Shown here: positions 1 through 9,331 of the stretch, in pieces
Layout of the letters: every line of letters begins with the position of its first letter
How positions within the stretch are numbered: position 1 is the stretch's first letter
Assembly (NCBI GenBank): GCA_963667815.1
Contig: OY764021.1
DNA: 64,000 nt
Origin: an uncultured Saccharicrinis sp.
GTDB taxonomy: Bacteria; Bacteroidota; Bacteroidia; Bacteroidales; Marinilabiliaceae
Strand: one strand, 5' to 3'
The notes under the pieces: model-generated
What the model was told of the DNA's origin: nothing
The model's database searches: none
The model's input: the letters and a program-made list of their open reading frames with translations, nothing else
Made by a program: the position numbers and the translations under genes

Positions 1-809
1 CCATCTACTTTAGTTTTTAGAGGTGAATTTAATTTTGCACCCAAAACCCATCCTCTATCAGCAGGGTATACATGATCAACACTTTCAGAATTATCTGCTA
101 CATAATGATATTCTCCTAACAACTTAAGGGAATTACCACCTTTAAAATTCATAGTATGTTCACCTACAAATACCATTCTTTGACGAATAGCCGGGTTAGT
201 TGCGCCTTTTACTGTAATTTCATAATTGTATGGATAAACTCCTGATGAATCAGAGGAGGACGGCATATAAACAGCTAACTCTGTATTTTTATAACTAAAT
301 CCGGCACCTTGTGCTGAATGATCATCAAAATAAAAGTAATCGCAAATGTGAATATCGTCGTATCTTCTAAATCTAACTCCAACCCATGCAGACCAATCGC
401 TACCCATTATATTTTTGGCTTCAACATAAGTTTCAGGCAAAATAAAAGTTAATCCCTGGGGTGAACGAGAACTCACATTCCCCATAAACTGTCCGTTTTG
501 CGAGTACATTCCAAGTCGTACTTGTAGTGTTACACTTGTTGTATCCTTTCTTTCACTCATTGGAGTAAAATGAATAGCAGGTAACAAATCCATATAATCA
601 TATTGCTCCATTCTTCCTGCAAGAGATCCTTGTCCTGATAAATTCAAAGGTTTCCATTGCATTCCTTCTCCATTAGGTGATGTTCCTATACCAATCCTTC
701 CTGTAGTTCCCATCGAAAAATTAGTATTTGTAATAACAACCTGTGCATTTATTATCGTACCAATAAACATAAAAGCACATACCAAACTATAATATAATGT
801 AGATTTCAT
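1..809 (-). CDS. LamB/ScrY-type carbohydrate porin, 3'-truncated by the window edge (not in the ORF track)
   Basis: Translated by hand from ATG at 809: signal peptide MKSTLYYSLVCAFMFIGTIINAQ, and segment WVGVRFRRYDDIHICDYFYFDDHSAQGAG resembling LamB [28 protein letters not shown]. The stretches I read are open through to position 3. Confidence 0.7.
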   Translation of the reverse strand, partial: MKSTLYYSLVCAFMFIGTIINAQVVITNTNFSMGTTGRIGIGTSPNGEGMQWKPLNLSGQGSLAGRMEQYDYMDLLPAIHFTPMSERKDTTSVTLQVRLGMYSQNGQFMGNVSSRSPQGLTFILPETYVEAKNIMGSDWSAWVGVRFRRYDDIHICDYFYFDDHSAQGAGFSYKNTELAVYMPSSSDSSGVYPYNYEITVKGATNPAIRQRMVFVGEHTMNFKGGNSLKLLGEYHYVADNSESVDHVYPADRGWVLGAKLNSPLKTKVD

Positions 810-922
810 CTGTATATATTTTTAAATTGTTGCATGAAACTCGCCATTTTTTTGATCACTTCAAGGCATAGAAATGGTTGTACATCACAGAATCACAATC
901 TTCTTGGCGCATTTCATCTATG

Positions 923-930
923 CAAATTTA
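923..930 (-). promoter_or_regulatory. Bacteroidota -7 promoter box (TAAATTTG) for the porin gene
   Basis: Matches the TAnnTTTG consensus on the minus strand, about 115 nt upstream of the porin ATG. Confidence 0.5.
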
Positions 931-1020
931 TTTCTGAATTGAATGTTGTGTTTGACTTAAAAAAGTCTAAATTTTATTATTTAAGGGCTATAGCGCTAAT
1001 ATAATTCCTAATATAAAGTT

Positions 1021-2394
1021 CTAAACTTCATAATTATAACTTAATCTCTTTTGCGCTTTAGATTTCAAAAGAGAGTTAACAGGATACTTTTTTGAAGATA
1101 CTGAGTAACCGTACCAACTAACAAAGGTAAAGCATATTAGAGGTAATAAAAATGATAAATTCACTTCTGAAATGCCCATAACCTGAATATCTGAAACACC
1201 ACTACCAGCTATATCAATAATAGAACCTTGTAATTTTGGCATTAACGCTCCCCCTACAATCCCCATTACTAAACCAGCAGAACCTATCTTAGATTCTTCT
1301 TCAGACAAACCACTAAGTGCTGTACCAAAGATTGTTGGATACATAATAGACATAAAAAATGAGGCTAAAACAATACAATTAAGTCCGATAGTATTATTTA
1401 AAAACACAGCACCTGTTACACATGCTGCAGCCAGCATACCATAAATTCCAAGTAACTTACCCTCACTTACATACTTTAATAAATAAGTACCTACACCTCT
1501 ACCTAACGTAAATAGAATAAAAGCAGCAAATTGATAGTAGCCGGCAGTAACGTTATCTATATTACCAGCTTCGGCATAATGATAAATATAGGTCCAGCAC
1601 ATGATTTGTGCACCAATATACAAGGTTTGAGAAATTACTCCTGAAGTATATTTTCTATTTTTTAATAAAGCCTTTAAAGCTTCATATGTATTTTCAGAAG
1701 TAGATTTATCCTTGCTTTTTCCTTCAGGAATTTTATTTACTAGAAATAATACGAAGATTCCAAGAATAACCAAACCTAAAATCACATATGGATTTCTGAT
1801 CGTCATTAAATCAGTAGTTTTTATTAAAACTTTGGAAGCTTCATCTAAACTTGCAAAATTTTGAATATCATCTGATTTTAAATTTTTAAGTACAAATTGC
1901 TGAGCTATTAACAATCCTCCTAATAATCCTATTGGATTAAAAGCTTGTGCTAAATTTAATCGTCTTGTTGCGGTTTCTTTACTACCTAGAGATAACACAT
2001 AAGGATTAGCAGCTGTTTCCAGAAATGCCAAACCAAAAGTCAACACATACAATCCTAAACAAAAAAACCAAAACTGTTCTGAAATTGCTGCAGGATAAAA
2101 GAGTAAAGCACCGGTGGCATAAAGACCTAAACCTATTAGAATCCCAACTTTATACGAGTATTTTTTCATAAATATCGAAGCTGGAAGAGCCATACAAAAA
2201 TATCCCCCATAAAACGCCATTTGTACCCAAGCTGCTTGTGAATTTGATAATTCCAAAACTTTTTTAAAGGCCTGAACCATTGGATCTGTTACAGCATTTG
2301 CAAATCCCCAAAGTCCAAATAACAATGTAACTAAAATAAAGGGAAGAAGATTTTTTCTGGATATACTTTGTGTGTTGTTGTTTGTAGTATTCAT
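1021..2394 (-). CDS. FucP/GluP-family MFS sugar:H+ symporter
   Basis: About 12 hydrophobic segments; family motifs LFGLWGFAN, FLETAANPYVLSLG, RRLNLAQAFNPIG, SIMYPTIF, GIVGGA. Confidence 0.9.
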   Translation of the reverse strand: MNTTNNNTQSISRKNLLPFILVTLLFGLWGFANAVTDPMVQAFKKVLELSNSQAAWVQMAFYGGYFCMALPASIFMKKYSYKVGILIGLGLYATGALLFYPAAISEQFWFFCLGLYVLTFGLAFLETAANPYVLSLGSKETATRRLNLAQAFNPIGLLGGLLIAQQFVLKNLKSDDIQNFASLDEASKVLIKTTDLMTIRNPYVILGLVILGIFVLFLVNKIPEGKSKDKSTSENTYEALKALLKNRKYTSGVISQTLYIGAQIMCWTYIYHYAEAGNIDNVTAGYYQFAAFILFTLGRGVGTYLLKYVSEGKLLGIYGMLAAACVTGAVFLNNTIGLNCIVLASFFMSIMYPTIFGTALSGLSEEESKIGSAGLVMGIVGGALMPKLQGSIIDIAGSGVSDIQVMGISEVNLSFLLPLICFTFVSWYGYSVSSKKYPVNSLLKSKAQKRLSYNYEV

Positions 2395-2430
2395 AGCTGA
2401 CGTATTTAAATTTCAAGATGATTTTTATAA

Positions 2431-3333
2431 TTATCTTACTACCAATTGATCAAGAGATTCAATTTCATAATCAGGGCAGGCACCTTCCTGTGAAGTAACA
2501 AAGGCTCCTAATGCAGTAGCATAGTACATTCCTGTTTCGATAGATTCTTTCTGTATTTTCTTAGCAAGAAAAGCAGCCAAAAAAGAATCTCCACTTCCTA
2601 CAGTATCTTTTACCTGAACCTTATTGGCAGGTACAAAATATTCACTTTCCAAATTGTAATATGTAGCTCCTTTACTACCTTTTGTAACTATAATTTCATC
2701 AATATTATAAGTAACCTGAAGAAAACGAATATTACTAAGCTCTTCCAGTTTTTCATTGGAATACCAAGAACTAATTAACTGAAGTTCTGACTCATTTAAC
2801 TTTAAAAGATTACATTGATTTAATAAGTACTCAATAGTTTTTTTATCATAAAAAGGAGGGCGTAGGTTTATATCAAAAACCTTATATTTAGCATAATCCA
2901 ATAGTTTATAAAGCGTTTGTTTCGATGTTTCGTTTCTAGTTATAAGTGTTCCAAAAACAAATGCATCAGCATTTTTTACTTCATCAACATGATCTTCGCT
3001 AAATTCAATATTATCCCACGCAGCATTTTCCCTTATGATGTAACTCATCTCATGATCAGGATTAGCAATTGCATTAACAATACCTGTTTGATTGTTTTCA
3101 TCTATCTGACAGTTTTGTGTTGAGATCCCCCATCTGTTAAGTATTTGCAATAAACCTGTTCCATACTTATCTGTGCCCACTCTACTTATCATTTTACTAT
3201 TTATACCAAATTTGTTTAAATGATAAGCAACATTCATTGGAGCCCCACCCGGTTTTGTTTTATTTGGAAAAATATCCCAAAGAACTTCACCATAACATAT
3301 TACTGATTGATTTTTTGATTTTGCAAGCTTCAT
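2431..3333 (-). CDS. PfkB-family carbohydrate kinase, probable fructokinase
   Basis: GEVLWD, PGGAPMNVA, FDINLR, LKLNESE, VTKGSKGA and the PfkB signature DTVGSGDSF. Confidence 0.9.
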   Translation of the reverse strand: MKLAKSKNQSVICYGEVLWDIFPNKTKPGGAPMNVAYHLNKFGINSKMISRVGTDKYGTGLLQILNRWGISTQNCQIDENNQTGIVNAIANPDHEMSYIIRENAAWDNIEFSEDHVDEVKNADAFVFGTLITRNETSKQTLYKLLDYAKYKVFDINLRPPFYDKKTIEYLLNQCNLLKLNESELQLISSWYSNEKLEELSNIRFLQVTYNIDEIIVTKGSKGATYYNLESEYFVPANKVQVKDTVGSGDSFLAAFLAKKIQKESIETGMYYATALGAFVTSQEGACPDYEIESLDQLVVR

Positions 3334-3360
3334 TTTAACAATTTATTTTAAGTTGAACAC

Positions 3361-3378
3361 TGTTTAAACGTTTAAACA
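3361..3378. promoter_or_regulatory. LacI-type operator, perfect 18-bp palindrome TGTTTAAACGTTTAAACA
   Basis: Perfect palindrome with central CG, 28 nt upstream of the kinase start codon. Confidence 0.8.
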
Positions 3379-3452
3379 AAAGACGAAAAAAATTTTTATC
3401 TATATCCTTTGCTTTTAATATTATATACTTTCCTTTATTAGTACATCATCTG

Positions 3453-3470
3453 TGCTTAATCGTTTAAACA
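3453..3470. promoter_or_regulatory. Second copy of the LacI-type operator (TGCTTAATCGTTTAAACA)
   Basis: 2 mismatches to the palindrome at 3361, in the same intergenic region. Confidence 0.7.
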
Positions 3471-3486
3471 TTCCTATAAAAAAATA

Positions 3487-4485
3487 TTATTTTCGAGAAG
3501 TAGAATCTCGAATGATGAGTTCAGCTAACAGAAAGATCTGTTCTCTCTTAGTATTATCATTTATAGCCTGATGCATTAACCTTACTGCTTCATTCCCAAG
3601 TTTAGCAAGAGGTTGATTAACATATGAAATTGATGTATAAAATAAATCAAAAGCATCGGTTTTATCAAAGGCTATTACACCCATATCACATGGTATATTT
3701 ACTTTTTTCTTGTTCAAAAATTTAAGTCCTGATATTGTTAAAAGATTGGATGTGAAAAATATAGCATCCATTGTAGGATTTGAGGTAAGAAACATATCAA
3801 TAGCTGATTCTACATCTTCCTGAATATGACCTAAACGAACTTTTCCAACACTAGAATTAATGCCATTCTGCTCTGTAGCACCTCTTAATCTTTCATTAAG
3901 ATGAACTAATTCTGTATCATAACTTATAATACCAACATTTTTATAATTATTAGATTGTAGATGTTTAACTACACTTTCTGAGGCAGAATAATTATCAATA
4001 GCCACTGAATTTGCAGCAACTGAAGGAAAATATCTATCTAATAATACAAATGGTATATCTTTCGACTTTAAATCAGACACAATATGTTCAGACTTTTCTG
4101 GAAGTGATAATATCAATCCATCTACTTGTCTATTTAGAAAAACATCAATTATTTTCTCCGATTTTTCAACGCTCTCGTCTGAACTACCAATAATAACAGC
4201 ATATCCTAATTTGTCTGCTTCATTTTCAATAATGCGAGCAATTTGTGAAGAAAAGGGGTTAGAAATATCAGCTAATAACAAACCTATTGAATTTGTTTTA
4301 TTCGTCTTTAAACTTCTGGCAATTTGATTTGGATGATAGTTTAATTCCTTGGCAACTAACTTAATACGATTCGCAACTTCCTCACTAATACGTCCCTTCA
4401 TTTTGCCGTTTAAGACATATGAAACTAATGCAGTAGAAACTCCTACTTTACTAGCTATATCTTTTAATGAAGTTTTCTTTTTCAT
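3487..4485 (-). CDS. LacI-family transcriptional regulator
   Basis: N-terminal HTH SLKDIASKVGVSTALVSYVLNG, hinge LNYHPNQIARSL, periplasmic-binding-protein-like effector domain. Confidence 0.95.
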   Translation of the reverse strand: MKKKTSLKDIASKVGVSTALVSYVLNGKMKGRISEEVANRIKLVAKELNYHPNQIARSLKTNKTNSIGLLLADISNPFSSQIARIIENEADKLGYAVIIGSSDESVEKSEKIIDVFLNRQVDGLILSLPEKSEHIVSDLKSKDIPFVLLDRYFPSVAANSVAIDNYSASESVVKHLQSNNYKNVGIISYDTELVHLNERLRGATEQNGINSSVGKVRLGHIQEDVESAIDMFLTSNPTMDAIFFTSNLLTISGLKFLNKKKVNIPCDMGVIAFDKTDAFDLFYTSISYVNQPLAKLGNEAVRLMHQAINDNTKREQIFLLAELIIRDSTSRK

Positions 4486-4543
4486 GAGTAATAAATTAGT
4501 TTATTTAAACACTACTTTTATCCAAAAATTATTTATTTGCTGA

Positions 4544-4575
4544 CAAACTTAATGTTTAATCGTTTAAACACCAAA
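4544..4575 (-). promoter_or_regulatory. lacI promoter (-33 TTTG 4575-4572, -7 TAAGTTTG 4551-4544) with third operator TGTTTAATCGTTTAAACA (4553-4570) in the spacer
   Basis: Both boxes match the Bacteroidota consensus with 20-nt spacing; the operator has 1 mismatch to the 3361 palindrome. Confidence 0.75.
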
Positions 4576-4925
4576 TAAAAATGAACTTTTTTTTATATTT
4601 TTTCACATTTAATTATTTAAAACACTCCCAAAGCACCGTTTTATCAGCATTTCACTTATTGATGTAAATTAAAACAAACAAAAGTTAAATAAGTAGCTAA
4701 AAGCATGTTTCGTTTAAGAATAAAATGATGTTATAATGGAACTAGATTTAAATAAATCATCTAAAACATATAGTTTACATCATTCTAAATATCAAAAGAT
4801 TAAAAGACTTTTTTATCTTATTTATAATTCGTTTTTATCTCTGTTTTTTTCCTTTTTAGGAATATATTAAAGTTATTAAAGTTTAAAGGTTGTATCTTAA
4901 ACTTTGGAAAACCAAAATAATTAAA

Positions 4926-5636
4926 ATGCAAACGGAGACCATTTCAATTTGTTGCTGTACATCACGTTCTTTTATTGAAAAAGAAAAGGTGGCAACCATA
5001 GCCTCTCAGCTTAAAAGTAATGGAAAAACGGTTAATCTAGTTGATGATTTGTGCGCAATGATAACGGATAAACCCGAAAATGTAAAAAATTTAGCTAAAG
5101 GAACAATTATGGCTTGTCACTCAAGGGCACTATCTTCACAGCTAAATAAAATAGCTGTTGATACAGCTCAACTTATAAATATCCGAACTCTATCATCTGA
5201 TGTGGTTTTAAGTGAATTGAATATTGCCGACAAAAATCCCGAATCGTTCAAATACTATAATGAGTTTATACAAGAAATTGAACACTTACCTGTTCATAAA
5301 GGAACTGATGCATGGTATCCTGTAATAGATAAATCACGTTGTACCAATTGTGGTAAATGTAATGATTTTTGTTTGTTTGGAGTTTACACAGTAGAGGATA
5401 ATGAAGTATTAGTAACAAATCCACATAACTGTAAAAACAATTGTCCTGCCTGTGCAAGAATGTGTCCTAGTCTGGCCATTATTTTTCCTAAATATGAAAA
5501 ATCACCTATAAACGGTGGAACTGAGATAGAAGAAGTTTTTTCTGAAGAGGACAAGCAAGCAATGTATCAAAAGCGTCTTCAATACAGATTACAACAAAAC
5601 CGTACCAGATTTTCATTGCTCAAAAAAGATCAATAA
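4926..5636 (+). CDS. Fe-S protein: Cys-rich HdrA-N-terminal-like domain plus 2x[4Fe-4S] ferredoxin domain
   Basis: [11 protein letters not shown] and [13 protein letters not shown] ferredoxin motifs; N-terminal ICCC...DDLC...IMACHSRA recalls HdrA CxC...C...AACSPR. ATG at 4926 preferred over the TTG at 4890. Confidence 0.7.
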   Translation: MQTETISICCCTSRSFIEKEKVATIASQLKSNGKTVNLVDDLCAMITDKPENVKNLAKGTIMACHSRALSSQLNKIAVDTAQLINIRTLSSDVVLSELNIADKNPESFKYYNEFIQEIEHLPVHKGTDAWYPVIDKSRCTNCGKCNDFCLFGVYTVEDNEVLVTNPHNCKNNCPACARMCPSLAIIFPKYEKSPINGGTEIEEVFSEEDKQAMYQKRLQYRLQQNRTRFSLLKKDQ

Positions 5637-6853
5637 TGACATTACGAGAATATACTGCCAATTTTAAAACTGCTATGCGTGTTCCTTTGGAATGCTCTCC
5701 CCGACTATTATGGAAATTTGCATACAATTTCGGTTGGCGTAATCTTAAAAACATTCATCAATTTGAAAAGCGACAAGAAAAAGGAGACCCCTTCTTCCCT
5801 GCTTTTATAATGATATCAATAACTGAAACCTGCAATCTGTCGTGCAGTGGTTGTTGGGTAACACCTGGTGGTAAAAAAGCTTTATCTACTGAACAATTAG
5901 ATGGCATTATCACTGAAAGTAAAAAGAAAGGTTCTTATTTCTTTGGGATTTTAGGTGGAGAACCTCTATTGTATAAAGGTTTATTTAAGATTATAGAAAA
6001 ACATTCTGATTGCTATTTTCAACTTTTTACAAATGGAATGTTGCTTACAGAGGATGTAGCTCTAAGTATGAAAAAGCTTGGTAATATTACACCTCTTATC
6101 AGCATTGAAGGTTTAAAAGAAGAAAGTGATCACAGAAGGGGTAAAAATGATGTGTTTAACAAAACTTTAGCCGGTGTCAGGGCTTGTAAAAAGGCTAAAC
6201 TCATATTTGGTGCTGCAGCAAGTATTTGTAAAAGTAATTATCAGGATCTAGTTTCCAGAGAATATATCAATCTACTTGCAAAAGAAGGTGTGCACTACTT
6301 GTGGTATTACATCTATCGCCCGGTAGGTCCAAACCCAAACTTAGAAAATGCACTGGATGAAGATGAAATTTATAAACTCAGAAAGTTTATTGTTGAACAA
6401 CGAAAAGATGCTCCTTTATTTATCATTGAGACCTATTGGGATGCCCAGGGAAATGCACTTTGTCCTGCAGCCACAGGAATGAGTCATCATATATCTCCCG
6501 AAGGAGCTGTTGAGTTTTGTCCCCCTCTACAAATGGCTAAGGAATATGTAAATAAAGATGCATCAAACATGATTGAAATATTTGAGCAATCTGATTTTTT
6601 AGCAGATTTAAGGAACTTGACTTCTAAAAATTCAAGAGGCTGTATTCTTTTAGAAGATCCTCGTCTATTAGCTGAGTTTTTAGAAAAGCATAATGCAATT
6701 GATACGACTACCAGAAATACAGTATTAAATGAATATAAAAAAATGATACCTGTTGCCGGTCATGATCAAAGAGGCAAAGAAATACCGGAGCAAAATATTT
6801 TTTATAAAATCATGAAAAAGAAATATTTCTTTGGTTTTGGTGCTTATGGTTAA
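5636..6853 (+). CDS. Radical SAM enzyme with SPASM/twitch-like C-terminus, substrate unknown
   Basis: CNLSCSGC (CxxxCxxC), GGEP, FTNG, ISIEG, C-terminal CPAA...VEFCP; TAATG overlap with the upstream gene. Confidence 0.9.
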   Translation: MTLREYTANFKTAMRVPLECSPRLLWKFAYNFGWRNLKNIHQFEKRQEKGDPFFPAFIMISITETCNLSCSGCWVTPGGKKALSTEQLDGIITESKKKGSYFFGILGGEPLLYKGLFKIIEKHSDCYFQLFTNGMLLTEDVALSMKKLGNITPLISIEGLKEESDHRRGKNDVFNKTLAGVRACKKAKLIFGAAASICKSNYQDLVSREYINLLAKEGVHYLWYYIYRPVGPNPNLENALDEDEIYKLRKFIVEQRKDAPLFIIETYWDAQGNALCPAATGMSHHISPEGAVEFCPPLQMAKEYVNKDASNMIEIFEQSDFLADLRNLTSKNSRGCILLEDPRLLAEFLEKHNAIDTTTRNTVLNEYKKMIPVAGHDQRGKEIPEQNIFYKIMKKKYFFGFGAYG

Positions 6854-6866
6854 TAATTCAATACAT

Positions 6867-8426
6867 ATGGAAACAACCCAGTTTAAATATAAAGTTCCGA
6901 ACAGTTTTGAACTCAGATCTAAATTAAGATCAGGAGCAAATCTGTTCGTGAATAACAAAAAGCTTAGTCCTCCATTATCTATGAATTCATTAACGGCACT
7001 GGCTATTGAATTTATAGAAATCAATGCTATTGAACCATCTTTAAAAGGATGGTTAATGGTTGAAATAAATAATGCAGTATGGTTTAAAACAGTGGCCTCC
7101 ATTCCTCAAGAAAAAAGAATATTATTATTACCAAAGTGTCTTAGTAATTCGAAAAATTGCAAAGCTGAAATTGATGATTTGGGATTATTATGCAATTTAT
7201 GTGGTAACTGCAATATTCCTGATTTACAAACCAAAGCTGAGGAATTAGGAATGATGAGTTTGGTTGCAGAGGGATTTACATCAGTTATAGGTTTAGTGGA
7301 AAGTGGAGTCATTGATGCCGTAATTGGAGTAAGTTGTCTGGAATCTCTTGAAAAAGCATTTCCTCTGTTAATCAATCATGCCATACCAGGTTTAGCTATA
7401 CCTCTTAATAAGGATGGATGTGTTGATACTGATGTTGATGAAGCGTATGTACATCAGATCATGAACATGCATTCTTCAGAAGAAAACACATTATTGGATT
7501 ACGATCAACTAAAATCAAATATAAAAGACTGGTTTTCCAGGGAAAATCTGAATAAGGTTCTAACGATTTCCAACGACCAAACATCTTTAATCACACGTGA
7601 ATGGATGAGTGATGAAGGAAAACGATGGAGACCATACCTTTTAGCTGCAACCTATATGGCTCTGAATGGTAAAAATGAAATTCCAGAAGAAGTAAAACAA
7701 GCAGCTATAGCTATTGAATGTTTCCATAAAGCCTCTTTAGTACACGATGATATTCAGGATGAAGATTCTATTCGTTATGGTAAGAAAACCATCAACGAAG
7801 CCTATGGTGTTCCCATAGCTATTAATGTTGGTGATATGTATTTAGGCGAAGGATATAGGTTGCTCACTAAATGCAAACATATTGAATTGTTTAAAGTAGC
7901 ATCAGAGGCACATATAGCATTATGTAAGGGACAAGGAATGGAGTTAGAGTGGAGCAAAAATCCAAAAACATTGAATATGGATTTTGTTCTGGATATTTTT
8001 TGTCATAAAACTGTGCCAGCTTTTGAAGTATCGCTGCTAATGGGAGCTATTTGTGTTGATAATAATGATGAAATAAAACAGTTGTTAAGTGAATATTCAA
8101 AGGCTTTAGGTATAGCATATCAATTGAAAGATGATATTGAAGATTTTAACGATAACAACGCTCTTAGTATTCGCCCTTCAGCTGTATTAGCGGCTATCTG
8201 CCAAATTAACACGGACGAATTATTCATTCATACTATGTTGCATCATTCAAATATTATAGCATTTTTAAAATCGGATGAGAATATCGACATATTGAATAAA
8301 GCCATTACAACAGTCGAAGTAATGGTAAATAATTATCATAATCAGGCACTAAATACTATTGAGAAAATACAAAACATAGAATTAAAAAGACTTCTATTCA
8401 GAGTAACAGAAAAGATTTTAAAATGA
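6867..8426 (+). CDS. DUF116-like Cys-rich domain fused to a class I polyprenyl diphosphate synthase
   Basis: C-terminal half has GKRWRP, FARM HDDIQDED..R, KGQGMEL, KT, SARM YQLKDDIED. N-terminal half has LLLPKCL...C...CNLCGNC...VSCLESL...GCVDT. ATG at 6867. Confidence 0.85.
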   Translation: METTQFKYKVPNSFELRSKLRSGANLFVNNKKLSPPLSMNSLTALAIEFIEINAIEPSLKGWLMVEINNAVWFKTVASIPQEKRILLLPKCLSNSKNCKAEIDDLGLLCNLCGNCNIPDLQTKAEELGMMSLVAEGFTSVIGLVESGVIDAVIGVSCLESLEKAFPLLINHAIPGLAIPLNKDGCVDTDVDEAYVHQIMNMHSSEENTLLDYDQLKSNIKDWFSRENLNKVLTISNDQTSLITREWMSDEGKRWRPYLLAATYMALNGKNEIPEEVKQAAIAIECFHKASLVHDDIQDEDSIRYGKKTINEAYGVPIAINVGDMYLGEGYRLLTKCKHIELFKVASEAHIALCKGQGMELEWSKNPKTLNMDFVLDIFCHKTVPAFEVSLLMGAICVDNNDEIKQLLSEYSKALGIAYQLKDDIEDFNDNNALSIRPSAVLAAICQINTDELFIHTMLHHSNIIAFLKSDENIDILNKAITTVEVMVNNYHNQALNTIEKIQNIELKRLLFRVTEKILK

Positions 8427-9289
8427 TAAGTACTGTTTCATCTAAAATATTTGAACGTCTTTTAAAAGGGAAAGAAAAACTAGGCTATGAGGCAAAGGAA
8501 TGCCTCGATGCTTTTGTTAAATCTCAATTATTGGATGATAATTCCTTTATGAATAAATCAGGTAAGTCAGACTTATATTACACTTTATTTGGTTGGACGC
8601 TGTGTTTTATTTTGGACATAAAACTAGATATGAAAAAGATGTTGGTTTATTTAAATACGAATCAGGAAGATGATTTGGATTTGATCCATTACGCAGCATT
8701 AAAAAGATGTTTATTAATTTATAAGCTGATAAAATCAGGTAAAGTTATTACTGGTCTAGGATTATTAAAAAAACAAAACATTAAGCCTTTATGTGAATTT
8801 AAAAGTGTTCCAAATCAAGATATAAATGCACCCTACACACAGTATATCTGGATGTTATTATCAGAAGACACTGGAAATAAGATAAGTAATAAAACAATAA
8901 ACAAACTGGAAGAATATCGTATTTCAGATGGTGGATATAAAAACAGTAAAACAGGGTTACATGCAACTATAAATGCTACAGCTGCAGCCTTATCTGTTCT
9001 AGGTCAATTCAATGGCTACCAAGCAAATGAAGATGTCGATTTTCTAAAGTCATTTCAAAATGCAACGGGAGGTTTTATTGCGGCAAAAGCATCTCCGATT
9101 CCGGATTTGCTTTCAACAGCTACCGCCCTTTTTACTTTAAGTTGCTATAAGGAAAAACCTGAGTATCCGGTTACTGATTTTATTGAGGCACATTGGTCTG
9201 AATCTGGTGGTTTTGTTGGAACATTAATGGACGATAAAAGTGATGTAGAATATTGTTTTTATGGATTACTGGCACTTGGATGTGTATAG
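8423..9289 (+). CDS. Single-barrel prenyltransferase/squalene-oxidase-repeat protein (geranylgeranyltransferase beta-subunit-like)
   Basis: Repeats SDGGY, FQNATGGF, WSESGGF followed by DLYYT / DLLST / DVEYC; ATGA overlap with the upstream gene. Confidence 0.7.
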   Translation: MISTVSSKIFERLLKGKEKLGYEAKECLDAFVKSQLLDDNSFMNKSGKSDLYYTLFGWTLCFILDIKLDMKKMLVYLNTNQEDDLDLIHYAALKRCLLIYKLIKSGKVITGLGLLKKQNIKPLCEFKSVPNQDINAPYTQYIWMLLSEDTGNKISNKTINKLEEYRISDGGYKNSKTGLHATINATAAALSVLGQFNGYQANEDVDFLKSFQNATGGFIAAKASPIPDLLSTATALFTLSCYKEKPEYPVTDFIEAHWSESGGFVGTLMDDKSDVEYCFYGLLALGCV

Positions 9290-9303
9290 GCGCAGTGCTT
9301 AGC

Positions 9304-9331
9304 GCAAAGGGCAAAGGGCAAAGGGCAAAGG
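9304..9331 (+). repeat. Tandem heptamer (GCAAAGG)x4 followed by a degenerate purine-rich tract to about 9385
   Basis: Four exact copies read directly in the intergenic sequence. Confidence 0.9.

Noticed and set aside
991-998. TAGCGCTA palindrome as a fourth LacI operator
   Set aside because: Only 8 bp, and the flanks do not match the TGTTTAA-CG-TTTAAACA consensus.
4553-4925. LacI operator at 4553 controlling the terpenoid/redox operon
   Set aside because: It sits inside the lacI promoter spacer, about 355 nt from the first cluster gene, and is fully explained by autoregulation.
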